The notes under the pieces were generated by a model that saw only the letters and a list, made by a program, of their open reading frames with translations, had not been told where the DNA came from and searched no databases. Positions 33,101-43,153 of a stretch of 64,000 nucleotides of DNA are shown in pieces. A program made the translations under genes and the position numbers. This DNA comes from Perkinsela sp. CCAP 1560/9 (taxonomy: Eukaryota > Protista > Euglenozoa: Kinetoplastea). The stretch's first letter is position 1; every line of letters begins with the position of its first letter. The stretch covers positions 496,001-560,000 of the forward strand of contig CBFFSA010000003.1 in the NCBI GenBank assembly GCA_965644495.1, written 5' to 3'.

Positions 33101-34745
33101 ATTTTTTTGCACCTGGGCAATTGCATTATCAGACACCGATCTGAACTGTTTAGCTCAACACATGCTATCTCAACTGCCTACGACATGGGAATGCCTTCCG
33201 CTTGAAATTACAATTGCGGAATCAATCTGTTTTCATTTGCATAGTGTATCATTGTTGGCTGAGTACGCGTTTCATAGATTACCAAGCCTTTTGGACTTAG
33301 TGGCAAGCCGACTCTTGAACATGTTATCTTTACTGTCATATGCTGCCGAGGAATCATGTAAGGAGAAAGAGGAACCTGCGGGACTTGTTCCCTTGAGCTG
33401 CGAGATTCTTGGAATACAAACTACGATCGCATTATTACACTTTTGTACAATAAGGCCTTATTCCAGTATTTGGTATGACGTATTCGATGCAATGTCGGCA
33501 CTCAACGTTCATGTTTGGAGGAAATGTATTTCAGTGCCCCTGTGTGGGTGGTTATCAGGTACTCATCTAAACAACACCTCTTTTGTGACTCCGCAGTCCA
33601 GACGAGATAGAGCATTTCTTCGATGCGCTCAGATAGCTATACTACATTGCGAGCACCGCGCAGCGCGGGAAGAACTATGGAAGTGGATGTGCCACTTTCT
33701 TGAGAAGAACGAATTATCTCATCATATTGGTGACATACTACCAGAGATAATCTCTTTAATCGACTTGTCCAGCACGACGCAACAGTTGACGAGTTTTTCT
33801 CAATCAGGACCGAAGCATGTAGCTAGCAATGCTGCATACATAAATACTGAACTTGATGTGCAACATCCCTTGAAAAAAATTAAATGCAATGAGGAGGCGC
33901 AACTCAATTCGAAAGATAGTATAGATATTACTGCTATTTTGTCAGAACTCCTCATTTTTTTGAAGAAACTAACTTCTGCAGCAGGTTCTGACTCCATGTC
34001 ATGGAAAAACAGTTGGTCGTCAGTAACAAAATGCTTGGTTATACTGCCCAGTTTACGAGGCGGCGATTACTGGGTAACCACGAAGGCAGTTTTGCATACT
34101 TTTGTCGAATTTGAGTCATTAGAAACCATCAACGTCTCTCCGGATATAATTTCCGAGGTTTTTGGAATTACGGTTGACTTTGTTCAAGAAATATTTACCG
34201 AAAAACGAGTTATAGGCGTATCCGAATGTAGCACAGAAGATATAGAGAAGGGCTATCGCAGCGCTGACCAAACACAGGGAGGCTTTAGCTATATTTTTAG
34301 CAGACTTCTTTGGTCACCATCGACGGCTGAATCGAGTGCAACTGGGGCACCACAGCTTGTTGAGTCATTACCATCACCCTCGAGAATAGAAGCTGCGAGA
34401 GTCGGTATGAGCCTCATCACTAAACTCTTTGTAAAATGGGTATATCAACTTTCTCAAGCTCAAGTTGGGCTATTCAAGAGGTGGAAATCTGTTCTTGAGC
34501 TGTTAAACGACGCCTTTGTCAATTCGAAAACCGGTCTGTCTGAGGCTCTGCGTGCGGAGGCGTTGGAATGCTACAAGACTTTACTTTGGTCACTCCAACT
34601 TTCAACTAGCCTTAATCATAAAATCAAAGACCTTGAAAAAAACTCAGAATTCTGGACTCAGACAAAATTGTGGCTAATTGCAGAGTCTCGTATGCCCATA
34701 CTTGAGGATTCAATATTTAACATCAATTCTATGTCTGTGCCTTGA
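30117..34745 (+). CDS. Large Sec7-domain ARF-GEF, GBF1/Gea/GNOM-like
   Basis: Sec7 motifs FHMPGEAQKIDRVIETFS and ILATNLHNPSV; upstream DCB/HUS-like region (RWELTDAADHE, EYDL). Confidence 0.85.
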   Translation: MSCDTGALGENSLFLPQDTTRSRSRSFAAELNWCELLYQELLILGKELQIHDDAGTMSRYTSLIKTSLTKVSVISRGSRIPVINFEILDPLFAIAEGEETSHTMTARVFSCFLALLRMCSSDITISNLSDIIESVSRSRWELTDAADHESTVANGIEVLRECVRHRAYIKLDNAVHVNLLAYSLFMAIQMESSNLLRNAGMQTILTICEVGFINAASADDADKICTVIKQISVWISCRNAQDVQSQLLNVSDTPYHCTPDDAASLRVQLIGLHAAHRLVFSIPHSLFCVPNIEHALFYNVGRMVLEVVSNVKLGEQSRQLARHVVHTLFRINPVKAAPLTLSVAGLLLFPSCRSSNSAFNVSRCLADVSSEAMCSPPMDDTLQWMCQLCSDPRFVLHSCSEYDLHRFKPDVFATVCRHILFMLSSSQPVKEKELAMQAIVNILTSLATVLYKNTTIECSPHVLDIYEQAALRKTKVQSFLETFSESPLDAVSLLGTIFSFTSDELQIEGFQVGKQFYLLRHSLDKTKLGCFLTDIGSKSDSVIRSAVKDHVEFHRTLLQGFIESHDFEGKALITSLRETLAGFHMPGEAQKIDRVIETFSQSWYSLNHTNAAVNPFPSVELAFLYTFSCVILATNLHNPSVSSREKMSEETFTQMISGANGAESIPQDYIATTFRDISHMPLSLRDPIYEIQVDKNWYEMILEQHTKSLWDETSPGRAIIDSTLETPSTLVDAALLAFLVAKDHILTALSAGLATEYENKINLQQTSPSDCGGILCPKVPVRLDAEIVLHQLMSVEALLPLDHVSIIGESYRWLALLANRLQDTEFMNKILLSLFPYTMDYSLTRIDVSSARPDSAVKNLSVSVILNIVHLYSSHIRETWPDVFGLMTRLFLLGMWPDQKVKSLGAGQGGGAHTLASMNFIMDTMRSNTFSFIFFSYMPSNGVRRESHEGQTKNSENDGWFGPLAKGTEQGVSTEESSTRSNDDRSLLQGYSIPQFFCTWAIALSDTDLNCLAQHMLSQLPTTWECLPLEITIAESICFHLHSVSLLAEYAFHRLPSLLDLVASRLLNMLSLLSYAAEESCKEKEEPAGLVPLSCEILGIQTTIALLHFCTIRPYSSIWYDVFDAMSALNVHVWRKCISVPLCGWLSGTHLNNTSFVTPQSRRDRAFLRCAQIAILHCEHRAAREELWKWMCHFLEKNELSHHIGDILPEIISLIDLSSTTQQLTSFSQSGPKHVASNAAYINTELDVQHPLKKIKCNEEAQLNSKDSIDITAILSELLIFLKKLTSAAGSDSMSWKNSWSSVTKCLVILPSLRGGDYWVTTKAVLHTFVEFESLETINVSPDIISEVFGITVDFVQEIFTEKRVIGVSECSTEDIEKGYRSADQTQGGFSYIFSRLLWSPSTAESSATGAPQLVESLPSPSRIEAARVGMSLITKLFVKWVYQLSQAQVGLFKRWKSVLELLNDAFVNSKTGLSEALRAEALECYKTLLWSLQLSTSLNHKIKDLEKNSEFWTQTKLWLIAESRMPILEDSIFNINSMSVP

Positions 34746-35802
34746 AGGATACTTTGTTAATGTATTTCTGTGTCCTGTTCTAGGAAATGTACACGTTCCC
34801 GGGCGTATTCTTATTGCAAGTGATTCCCACTCGAATGACAATTTGACAGTACTCGAAAAGGTTCGAGGATAAGATCCTCGAAAAACGATTTATATTTTAT
34901 GTGCCGATTTAGTTTCTTCTCTAAAAATCTTTTAATCGCTATGTTCTCAGTAATATTGCGCTAGATACTCCAGTAGTATGCGAACATACGATTGAAATTT
35001 CGATTGAAATAGCATTACGATTGAAATAGCGTAATGAGGAAAACCACAACCTTGTATTGCTAGACGTTCTGAAAGGAAGCAGTAAATTTCCGGCAAGGTG
35101 CACAATATGTGGTCCATTCGAAGAGGATTCTAAGAATTTCTACTCGGACTGGTACGTAGACAACCAGACCCCATACAATACGAGCCCAATGCAAGGCGTG
35201 TTGCATGGCACTTCAATACATAGAGGAACCGGTCATTCTTCTGAGGCTGGTCTGTAATTCTATTTGGCGTGGTCTCCTTACTACTATAGGCGCTTTCCCG
35301 AATGAGTTCACCGGTATCATTTACTATGCAACGCACCGTAATATAACGTCATAACAGCGACCTACAAGTGAACCTGAGAAGCGGTGTTGGCCTCTTACCT
35401 TACGAATCAATCGGTGAAGGGCCTGGCTTGCCAGTAGCCGCCAGTAGAGAGTATAGGCCTCGGCATGACGAATACTACCGAGCTTGCACTAGGTGAGAAA
35501 ACAGGATCTAAACTAAACATATAGATTGGTTGGCTAAATAAAAATCAATCGACTTACCAGATTTTAGACGGCACTCGTTGGATCTAGAAGTCTTGTACTC
35601 ATCAAATGGAAATTTTAGAAGCGGATATTAATCCTTGGAGCATAGCGCGCATCGGGCACTTGGGATATCATCGTCAATGTTGCAATGCGATACATGCTCT
35701 GAAACATACCGACTTATTATTAAATATCAGCGCAACAGTTCTAATCGAATTGTGAAGTCTACATTTACTTACTTAGCTTCGTAACTTATTCATTAATAAT
35801 TC

Positions 35803-36600
35803 ATGCGAATTCCGGACGAGCAGAAAGTATGCGTACGAGGTATGCCTGCCGGGGTGACGGAAGATGAGGTTCGCGATTTCTTCGGGTCATGTGGAACTAT
35901 CGTTGACATCTATCTCAAGGACAATGGTTTGGACACGTTCGGTTTTGTAGGTTTCGAGAGCCTTTCCAGCCAGGCTGATGCAATGCGTTTTGATGGGCGT
36001 GACTTCAAGGGATCCAACATTCGTGTAGAGGCGAAAGGTCGCCCTCGCGGTGGAGGAGGAGGAGCCAGCGGTCGTGATGCGTTTAAGGTATTCGTTGGAG
36101 GACTGGCACGTGAACTTTCGGATGACGAGATTCGCTCCTTCTTTGAAAAGAAAGTTGGTTCAATTACGGACTTCTTTCGCAAGGAGGAGGGCCCATTCGC
36201 ATTTGTCGGATTTGGGTCAGCCCGTGAACAAGCAGAAGCTATGCGAATGGATGGGCAGGATCTGGGTGGAAGTCGCATTCGTGTGCAACCGAAGGGTGGT
36301 GCACCACCTCCCCCTCCGAATGAGCGGTCGCGGAGCCCTGAACGCCGTCGCTTCAATTCTCGAAGCCCCCCTCGCCGTCGCTATGACTCTCGCAGCCCCC
36401 CACGCCGTCGCTATGATTCTCGCAGCCCCCCACGCCGTCGCCAGGACTCTCGTAGTCCCCCACGTCGACGATACGATTCACGCAGCCCCCCTCGTGGACG
36501 ATATGAACCCCGGGAACGGGCTTCGCGTTATTCACCCGCTCGTCGTGATGGTCGGGACGCCTCCAACTCTCCCAAACGTCGCCGACGAAGCCGATCTTAA
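35803..36600 (+). CDS. SR-like protein: two RRMs plus RS-type repeat tail (copy 1)
   Basis: RNP2 VCVRGM and VFVGGL, RNP1 FGFVGF and FAFVGF, Gly linker, RRRYDSRSPP repeats. Confidence 0.9.
   Translation: MRIPDEQKVCVRGMPAGVTEDEVRDFFGSCGTIVDIYLKDNGLDTFGFVGFESLSSQADAMRFDGRDFKGSNIRVEAKGRPRGGGGGASGRDAFKVFVGGLARELSDDEIRSFFEKKVGSITDFFRKEEGPFAFVGFGSAREQAEAMRMDGQDLGGSRIRVQPKGGAPPPPPNERSRSPERRRFNSRSPPRRRYDSRSPPRRRYDSRSPPRRRQDSRSPPRRRYDSRSPPRGRYEPRERASRYSPARRDGRDASNSPKRRRRSRS
36343..36500 (+). repeat. 30-bp coding tandem repeat (RRR[Y/F/Q][D/N]SRSPP, about 5 units)
   Basis: cgccgtcgctatgactctcgcagccccc(c/a) units read directly. Confidence 0.9.
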
Positions 36601-37327
36601 AGACAAAATCCTTTTTGAATTTTTGAAGCAAGAAGTTTTATAATAACATATGAAGCCCACCATGCTCGAATATAAACTAGCTTATACATCTTGTGCATGG
36701 AATTATTGCACGTAATACATATTGCATATTATAGGTTGTATACAACAAGAAATTAGTTTGATACAGTTTCTATTATTCGAAAATACTTTGTAAGAATAGC
36801 TTTTTCAAAGGGTGAGAGAGCGATAAGGAGTAGTTATTTACATTTGCTAAAGTTTCGAAACATTATTAATTTCCTACATTAAAGGACCTGGGCGACATTA
36901 TCAATATCACTGCGTTTCATTATTTAGGGATTGCTGAGTATTGCTAGCGATTGGTATTTTTTGAAAATTCCAACAGTTTCATACGGTGAATGCAATCGCA
37001 CTTGACATGCATTATCTACAATGTATGTATTTGCTTCATCGCAACCGACGCACTTCTATTCTACTGTACTGTACCATCAGTATAATGTATACCAGTGGGT
37101 CAACTAGACCGCGCCTGAGCAGAGCTTTGCAACAATTATCGTATTATGCTGTGCCAAGATATATTTGACAATCCATTTAAAAAGTGTAAACTAAAATCAA
37201 TAGTAGTGTACTGCGCCTTTAGGTCATTACCTATTCTAGACACTATTGGGGCAAATGAATTTTGCAAACATGTATAATTTTCAGCATTTCTTTTGACTAA
37301 TCATAGTAATTACCTGATTAATCATTT

Positions 37328-38377
37328 ATGCGAGTTCCGGACGAGCAGAAAGTATGCGTACGAGGTATGCCTGCCGGGGTGACAGAAGATGAGGTTCGCG
37401 ATTTCTTCGGGTCATGTGGAACTATCGTTGACATCTATCTCAAGGACAATGGTTTGGACACGTTCGGTTTTGTAGGTTTCGAGAGCCTTTCCAGCCAGGC
37501 TGATGCAATGCGTTTTGATGGGCGTGACTTCAAGGGATCCAACATTCGTGTAGAGGCGAAAGGTCGCCCTCGCGGTGGAGGAGGAGGAGGAGCCAGCGGT
37601 CGTGATGCATTTAAGGTGTTCGTTGGAGGAATCTCTCGCGAAACGTCTGACGACGAGGTTCGCTCCTTCTTTGAAAAGAAAGTGGGGCCTGTCACCGATT
37701 ACTACCGCAAGGAGGAGGGTCCATTCGCATTTGTCGGATTTGGCTCGGTCCGTGACCAGGCAGGAGCACTGCACGCGAGTGGCTCCCAAGTGGGGAGTAG
37801 TCGTTTACGCGTAGAAATGAAGGGTGGCGCACCTCCTCCCGACTTAGGTGACCAATCTCCTTCTCGAAGCTCCCCACGTCGTCGCCATGACTCTCGCACC
37901 CCCCCTCGCCGTCGTCACGATTCTCGCAGCCCCCCACGCCGTCGCCAAGTTTCACACTCCCCTCCTCGACGCCGTCACGACTCGCGCAGCCCCCCACGCC
38001 GGCGCCATGACTCTCGCAGTCCCCCACGTCGTCGCCGTGACTCCCGTACCCCGTCACGACATCGCCACGACTCCCGTAGTCCCCCTCGTCGTCGTCCTCG
38101 TGAGGCCAGCAGCCCCCCTCCCCGTCGTGGCCGTCGTGAGCCCAGCAGCCCCCCTCCCCGTCGTCGTCGACACGACTCCCCCTCCCGCAGTCCCCCACGT
38201 GGACGCCGGGAACGTTCCCGCAGTGACGGCCGCCGCCGCCGTCGTGACTCGCGCTCCCCCCCGCGCCGTCGCCCGGACTCCCGGGAGCGCGCGAGTCGCC
38301 ACTCTCCACGACGTGACCACGGCGCCCGCGGTCACTCCCACTCCCCGGCAAAGCGTCGTCGGGGGAGCCGCTCCTAA
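37328..38377 (+). CDS. SR-like protein: two RRMs plus expanded RS-type tail (copy 2)
   Basis: RRM1 almost nucleotide-identical to copy 1; RRRHDSRSPP repeats. Confidence 0.9.
   Translation: MRVPDEQKVCVRGMPAGVTEDEVRDFFGSCGTIVDIYLKDNGLDTFGFVGFESLSSQADAMRFDGRDFKGSNIRVEAKGRPRGGGGGGASGRDAFKVFVGGISRETSDDEVRSFFEKKVGPVTDYYRKEEGPFAFVGFGSVRDQAGALHASGSQVGSSRLRVEMKGGAPPPDLGDQSPSRSSPRRRHDSRTPPRRRHDSRSPPRRRQVSHSPPRRRHDSRSPPRRRHDSRSPPRRRRDSRTPSRHRHDSRSPPRRRPREASSPPPRRGRREPSSPPPRRRRHDSPSRSPPRGRRERSRSDGRRRRRDSRSPPRRRPDSRERASRHSPRRDHGARGHSHSPAKRRRGSRS
37875..38200 (+). repeat. 30-bp coding tandem repeat (RRRHDSRSPP-type, about 7 units plus degenerate variants)
   Basis: cgtcgccatgactctcgcagtccccca-like units. 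Confidence 0.85.
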
Positions 38378-38932
38378 AGGGGAAGGGGGGGGCTTTTTTG
38401 GAGGGTTGTATTTTTTGGGGGTATATTATGAAGGAAAGTATGAAAAAGAAAATGAGGGGGTTCAAAAAGGAAATGATGGGGAGATGTATTAGGCAAATTT
38501 GAAACGGTGGTTTTGAAGTAATGCAATAGAATGATTTTTTTTCTTTGAAGTTTTGTTTGCCAATGTACGACCTGAAATTGTTTCGGATATTCACCTTACC
38601 GCTATGTCTAGTGTGGATTATATTTATTTTGGTATTGCATCTTGTGAATTTCATTTTTAAGAAAATGTGTACCTGGTGACTTATTTTCTTTATCAAGGCT
38701 TTTGTGCTATAAATTTACATGATTTCTAATCAATACGCTCATTACTAGACGTGTTTTGCTGTTTGCACGCTGCTCTTTACTATGAAAAGAAGGAGTTTTT
38801 ATTGTTCGAATAGATTCTGTCTTTAAGGGTGTCGTAGATTTAAGTAAATGTATCAGAGTCGACTCGTATGCCAGTCAGTCTTCTGCGAGAGACACTACAC
38901 TTGCTAGACTTTTCTAAGTCTAAGTTTTATGG

Positions 38933-40156
38933 ATGCAAAGTATAATTTCAAACTCTGTTAAGATAGAGCAGTCGACCGCATCAGCTTGTGAACCGTGCTC
39001 TATTTTCGGGTTCACCATTGTGAAATCTAGAGCCGCATATACCAAAGAAGAAATTATTTTACGAACGCATTACTACCTTCCTTTAAGAAGATTTGCGGAG
39101 GGTTTAACGCAGAATACACTCACCGATAAAATTCCATGTACACTTGCTGTTTGTATAGGGCGAAAGCCAAATTCACTCCTACTGTGGGATATGGACAATG
39201 CTACCTCCAGTACTATATTCTCAGAGATGTATGTGGTGCTTCATTTGAGTACCTCGGAAGTGGATCGCGAATTTTGGAGCACAGATGTAGGATCAGTTCT
39301 CTTCATCGCAGGACACGCTGCACGCGCACGACGAGCGGGGCATATATTCGTTAACAGAGAAATGGAGGTTAAGATTATGGGCCACAGTCCTGACCTGTCC
39401 CACTGCAATCATATTTCGCATGACGGTTCTTCATGCAAGCAATTCGTAAACAAAAAGAGCGGACTGTATTGTGTCCGACACATAGTCAAGCGTTTTCAAA
39501 GTGAGAAACCCTTAGAGAAATTCAGAGAGCATTCAGAGAGTCTCACTCAGAGAGTCAGAGAGCATTCAGTTCGTAATAATCCAGAGCCTTCCGCACTCTA
39601 TGAACGAAAAAGATGCCGAATAGAATCGACACCTTTAGGTGCGTCACACTCTTCTAGGACGAGTAACGGAAGAGAGATTACACCACAAAACAAATCTGCC
39701 ATCCAGTCCTGTGCAGCTGCGACACCAAAAGCTCAATCTTTTTTGAGCGCTTTTAAAGTAACAAATCCTCCGACAGAAAAGGATCTTCAGCACTCAATAC
39801 GGAAAGCAACGTACGAAATAGTTGCAGGTAAATTAGATCAGTATTCATACAAAGAAAATCTTCAGCAGGAACTCGAGAGTATCAAAGAAATAGAAGTTCA
39901 AGCTTTTCTGTGTCGCACTTGTCAGAAGTGGTACCAAAATTTGAGTGCAGCGTGTCAAGCCAAAGGACATCGAGTAGAACAGAAAACTACTAAGAAACGA
40001 TTTTTCAGATGCGCATCCTCGAAATGCCAATTTCTGCTTCTTGTGCTTGGGATTCCTAAGCCGGACACTACATGCCCTAAATGCGGTATAATTCAATGGA
40101 TACAGGTGGGGGCATTTTCCGAAAGAAGTCAAAGCTTACAGGACAAACATAGCTAA
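38933..40156 (+). CDS. MCM10: Replication initiation factor MCM10 (compact)
   Basis: OB-fold region then MGHSPDLSHC-x9-C...FVN...YCVRH CCCH finger; C-terminal zinc motifs CRTC...C...GH...KKRFFRC...CPKCG...W. Confidence 0.8.
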   Translation: MQSIISNSVKIEQSTASACEPCSIFGFTIVKSRAAYTKEEIILRTHYYLPLRRFAEGLTQNTLTDKIPCTLAVCIGRKPNSLLLWDMDNATSSTIFSEMYVVLHLSTSEVDREFWSTDVGSVLFIAGHAARARRAGHIFVNREMEVKIMGHSPDLSHCNHISHDGSSCKQFVNKKSGLYCVRHIVKRFQSEKPLEKFREHSESLTQRVREHSVRNNPEPSALYERKRCRIESTPLGASHSSRTSNGREITPQNKSAIQSCAAATPKAQSFLSAFKVTNPPTEKDLQHSIRKATYEIVAGKLDQYSYKENLQQELESIKEIEVQAFLCRTCQKWYQNLSAACQAKGHRVEQKTTKKRFFRCASSKCQFLLLVLGIPKPDTTCPKCGIIQWIQVGAFSERSQSLQDKHS

Positions 40157-40627
40157 AGAGAAGGGCTTCGTATTTGAACTTTATAGTTTTGCACTCCCAA
40201 TTGATTTTAGTAGGTACACGAACTGATTATTTAACTAGCTACAGAACAGTTTAGAATACAACGTGCTAGAAATTTACGGAATTATTAAGCTAATTATTCA
40301 CTATTAGTTTTTGTATACGGATATATGCGACCGTCTGATTCGATAATACACGTATCTAAGATAATCTCAGATAACCTACTGCTCACACTCTGTGTAGATA
40401 GTACAATTTGTCGTGGAATATCTTTATTTTTAAGACCTTTCTTAGATTAATTTTTTGCTGACATATTAATTTAATATGTCAAAGTTTAAATTGTTTTAAA
40501 ATTATAAATTGTTTTAAATATGTTAATGTTTAAATTCCTTTAATTTAAAGGAATTTCTACTTTATGAGTATGCCTACTTCTCCGCACGTACTTCTCGATC
40601 GAAGTAGTGGCTAGAACATAAAGTAAC

Positions 40628-41944
40628 ATGAAGTGGTGTTCCGGATGGAAAAGGAGAATAGAGAAAATTGCTCGCAAAGTGACGTCGCAAAGGTTCTGGC
40701 GCAATGCGTGTATCACTCCATGGAACGTAGAAGGCCTTTCTGGGTCGGGATTAAACTACGATCGCGTCAGAACACAATTTCGTTCACAGCCCATATCGAG
40801 CAATATCTTAGATGTACTCCAACAGAGAGTCGCTACCAATGCAACCAGTAGAAATGCTGCACATACTCCAGACGAAGCAAACGCAGCTTGCTGTGAGAAA
40901 CCAGTTTTACCTCATCATTATTTTACCCGATCCATTGCTTTTAGCCATCGAGACTTCGACGTAGCTCTGAAAAAAGATAGTTCAGTCTACATCTACACAG
41001 GTAGAGGTCCAAGTCAAAAATCTTTACATTTGGGACATATTGTACCACTGGAGCTTACGAAGTATCTAATGGAACATGTGTATCCACATGCTGCACTGGT
41101 TTTGCAGCTCACAAACGACGAAAAATACCTCTTTCGGGATATCTCTCTTACCGAGTCCGAAAAATTAGCACGTGAAAATCTGAAAGATATACTTGCGGTG
41201 GGACTTGATCCTAGCAGAGTCTTTGCTTTCACAAACACATCGTACATTAAAAACCTTTACCCCACGGCGCTTCGTATACAAAAAAATCTCACCGTAAACA
41301 CCGTGAGGAATACGTTTGGTTTCACTGATAATGACAATGTCGGGAAACTAGCGTTTCCAGCTTTGCAGGCTGCGCCTTGCTTCCCAGAATGCTTTCCGGA
41401 CGTCTTGCCACGCAATATTTCATCGGACCCCTCCGTTGTGGAGGAACCTATGGCCCTAGTAGCGTGTGCAATTGATCAAGACCCGTTTTTTGTGTTGACA
41501 CGTCGAATATCGGGTTGCCTTGGAAAAAAGAAGCCCGGTGTTATTCATACTACCTTTGTCCCCGCTCTCAAAGGATGCCATTTGAAAATGAGTAGTAGCA
41601 ATCCGGAGAATGGTGTTATCGAACTCATGGACAATGAGAATGCAGTTCAGAAAAAAATTAAAAGTGCCGTAAGTGGAGGATGTAAAACACTCTCCGATTT
41701 TCAGAGGAGCGGTGGCAATAAACATACCGATGTTTCTTACAATATTTTGAAATATGTCTTGCGGGATGAGGACACATATACTCAAATTGGAAAGGAGTAT
41801 TGTGAAGGAGGACTATCGTCCGGTGCTTTAAAAAATTATGTCTCAGATGCAATTAACAAATTTCTCAAAGAATGGAAGGAGAGGCGATCACAAATCACGG
41901 AAGATACAATCACGCAAGTTATGACGCCCCGACGTTTGACATGA
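40628..41944 (+). CDS. TrpRS: Tryptophanyl-tRNA synthetase, eukaryotic type, possibly the mitochondrion-targeted paralog
   Basis: ITPWNV, FSHRDFD, YIYTGRGPS...LHLGH, TNDEKYL, ACAIDQDPFF, KMSSS; basic N-terminal extension. Confidence 0.92.
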   Translation: MKWCSGWKRRIEKIARKVTSQRFWRNACITPWNVEGLSGSGLNYDRVRTQFRSQPISSNILDVLQQRVATNATSRNAAHTPDEANAACCEKPVLPHHYFTRSIAFSHRDFDVALKKDSSVYIYTGRGPSQKSLHLGHIVPLELTKYLMEHVYPHAALVLQLTNDEKYLFRDISLTESEKLARENLKDILAVGLDPSRVFAFTNTSYIKNLYPTALRIQKNLTVNTVRNTFGFTDNDNVGKLAFPALQAAPCFPECFPDVLPRNISSDPSVVEEPMALVACAIDQDPFFVLTRRISGCLGKKKPGVIHTTFVPALKGCHLKMSSSNPENGVIELMDNENAVQKKIKSAVSGGCKTLSDFQRSGGNKHTDVSYNILKYVLRDEDTYTQIGKEYCEGGLSSGALKNYVSDAINKFLKEWKERRSQITEDTITQVMTPRRLT

Positions 41945-42281
41945 TAACAATCCGACACTTGAGTTTTAAGATTTCTTGCTTTCTCGAAGATGCTATGAAT
42001 GGTTTTACTAAGCAGATGTTGTTAACACAGTGTGTAAATTAAACATGAATCGCCAAAAAATCTTCGGACCATATTTCTCAGACAGATTCTAAATCTGTCT
42101 TGTGCCGGAACCACAACGTATATTTTAAATCGTTGTGCCGGAACCACAACGTATGGATTTATAGATGTCAACTGACTTATCCCTGTACGCCTTTCTTGAT
42201 TCCTGTGTATTCAAGACTCTTGAATCCTGTATATTTTTCCTACATAATAGAATACATATTTCCATAGAAATTCCTTTAGCG

Positions 42282-42887
42282 ATGTCGTCACGGATTCGAA
42301 GAGTCATGCTTCCTTACTCGTTAATCAATGGAAAAGGAAGACCACGTGCGCCGAAGCTAACAACTCCTTTATTTCATCTCACTAGAATACTTGATAGCCC
42401 ACATCTCACAATTCAGCGACGTTACAACAGTGAAAAAAATGTTTTTCCTCCCGTTGAGGCTGTAGCCGCTAGTCCTGCTGACCCTTCCTTGTCGATTCCT
42501 GTGAGCACGCCTCAAAATTCCTCATCTGAGGCGGAGATTAGTGAACCCGATCCAATTTATGACGATGTTCTGAACACCGTAAGCACAGAACCACTTGTTT
42601 TGTTCTTAAAAGGCTCCCCAGAGGAGGCACGGTGTGGTTATTCCAAACGCGTAGTGGATATTTTAGACGCGATTCAAGTGGAGTACGTCGCTTTCAACGC
42701 ATTGGCTCACCCAAGTGTACCAAAAGGGGCACGGAAGCTGAGTCAGTGGCACACATTTCCTCAACTATTTATCCATGGAGAGTTTGTTGGGGGAACAGAT
42801 GTTATTATGGAAATTGCCAGAAACGGTCAGCTGTACGAGGCATTAGACAAGCATAAAATCAAGTATCATAAGGTCAACTTTTCGTGA
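42282..42887 (+). CDS. Mitochondrial monothiol glutaredoxin (1-C-Grx1/Grx5 type), active site CGYS
   Basis: VLFLKGSP...CGYSKRV...LAHP...WHTFPQLFIHGEFVGG; Arg-rich presequence from ATG 42282 (upstream in-frame ATG at 42165 also possible). Confidence 0.9.
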   Translation: MSSRIRRVMLPYSLINGKGRPRAPKLTTPLFHLTRILDSPHLTIQRRYNSEKNVFPPVEAVAASPADPSLSIPVSTPQNSSSEAEISEPDPIYDDVLNTVSTEPLVLFLKGSPEEARCGYSKRVVDILDAIQVEYVAFNALAHPSVPKGARKLSQWHTFPQLFIHGEFVGGTDVIMEIARNGQLYEALDKHKIKYHKVNFS

Positions 42888-43153
42888 ATGTGGTTTTGCA
42901 TACAAGAAAGACGAATTGATGACCTGGCTACAATGTGGAATTTCATTTCTATCTGCTCTGTTCATGTATTCTATCTGCTCTGTACATCGTCAGCCCCGTG
43001 CAATCTCTCAAAGGTATAGATGAACTGAAATAATATGTAAATATAATAATATGTAAAATCAAATTGCGCGATATCACATTACCCGAGACTCCTAAGCTAG
43101 GCGTTTACTTTTTTCTTTCATTTACGTGGTACATGTAATGGCCGAGTGAAGTT

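Noticed and set aside
34862-34882. Hairpin ttcgaggat-aag-atcctcgaa as a terminator or tRNA T-arm
   Set aside because: No cloverleaf, and intrinsic terminators are not expected in a eukaryotic polycistron; isolated 9-bp stem
35040-35500. Coding-like stretch in the 1 kb spacer
   Set aside because: Only short ORFs on both strands and no recognisable homology; may be a relic but cannot be supported
37692-38696. 334-aa minus-strand ORF
   Set aside because: Shadow of the GC-rich 30-bp repeat in the SR gene; the same applies to shadow ORFs in the other GC islands
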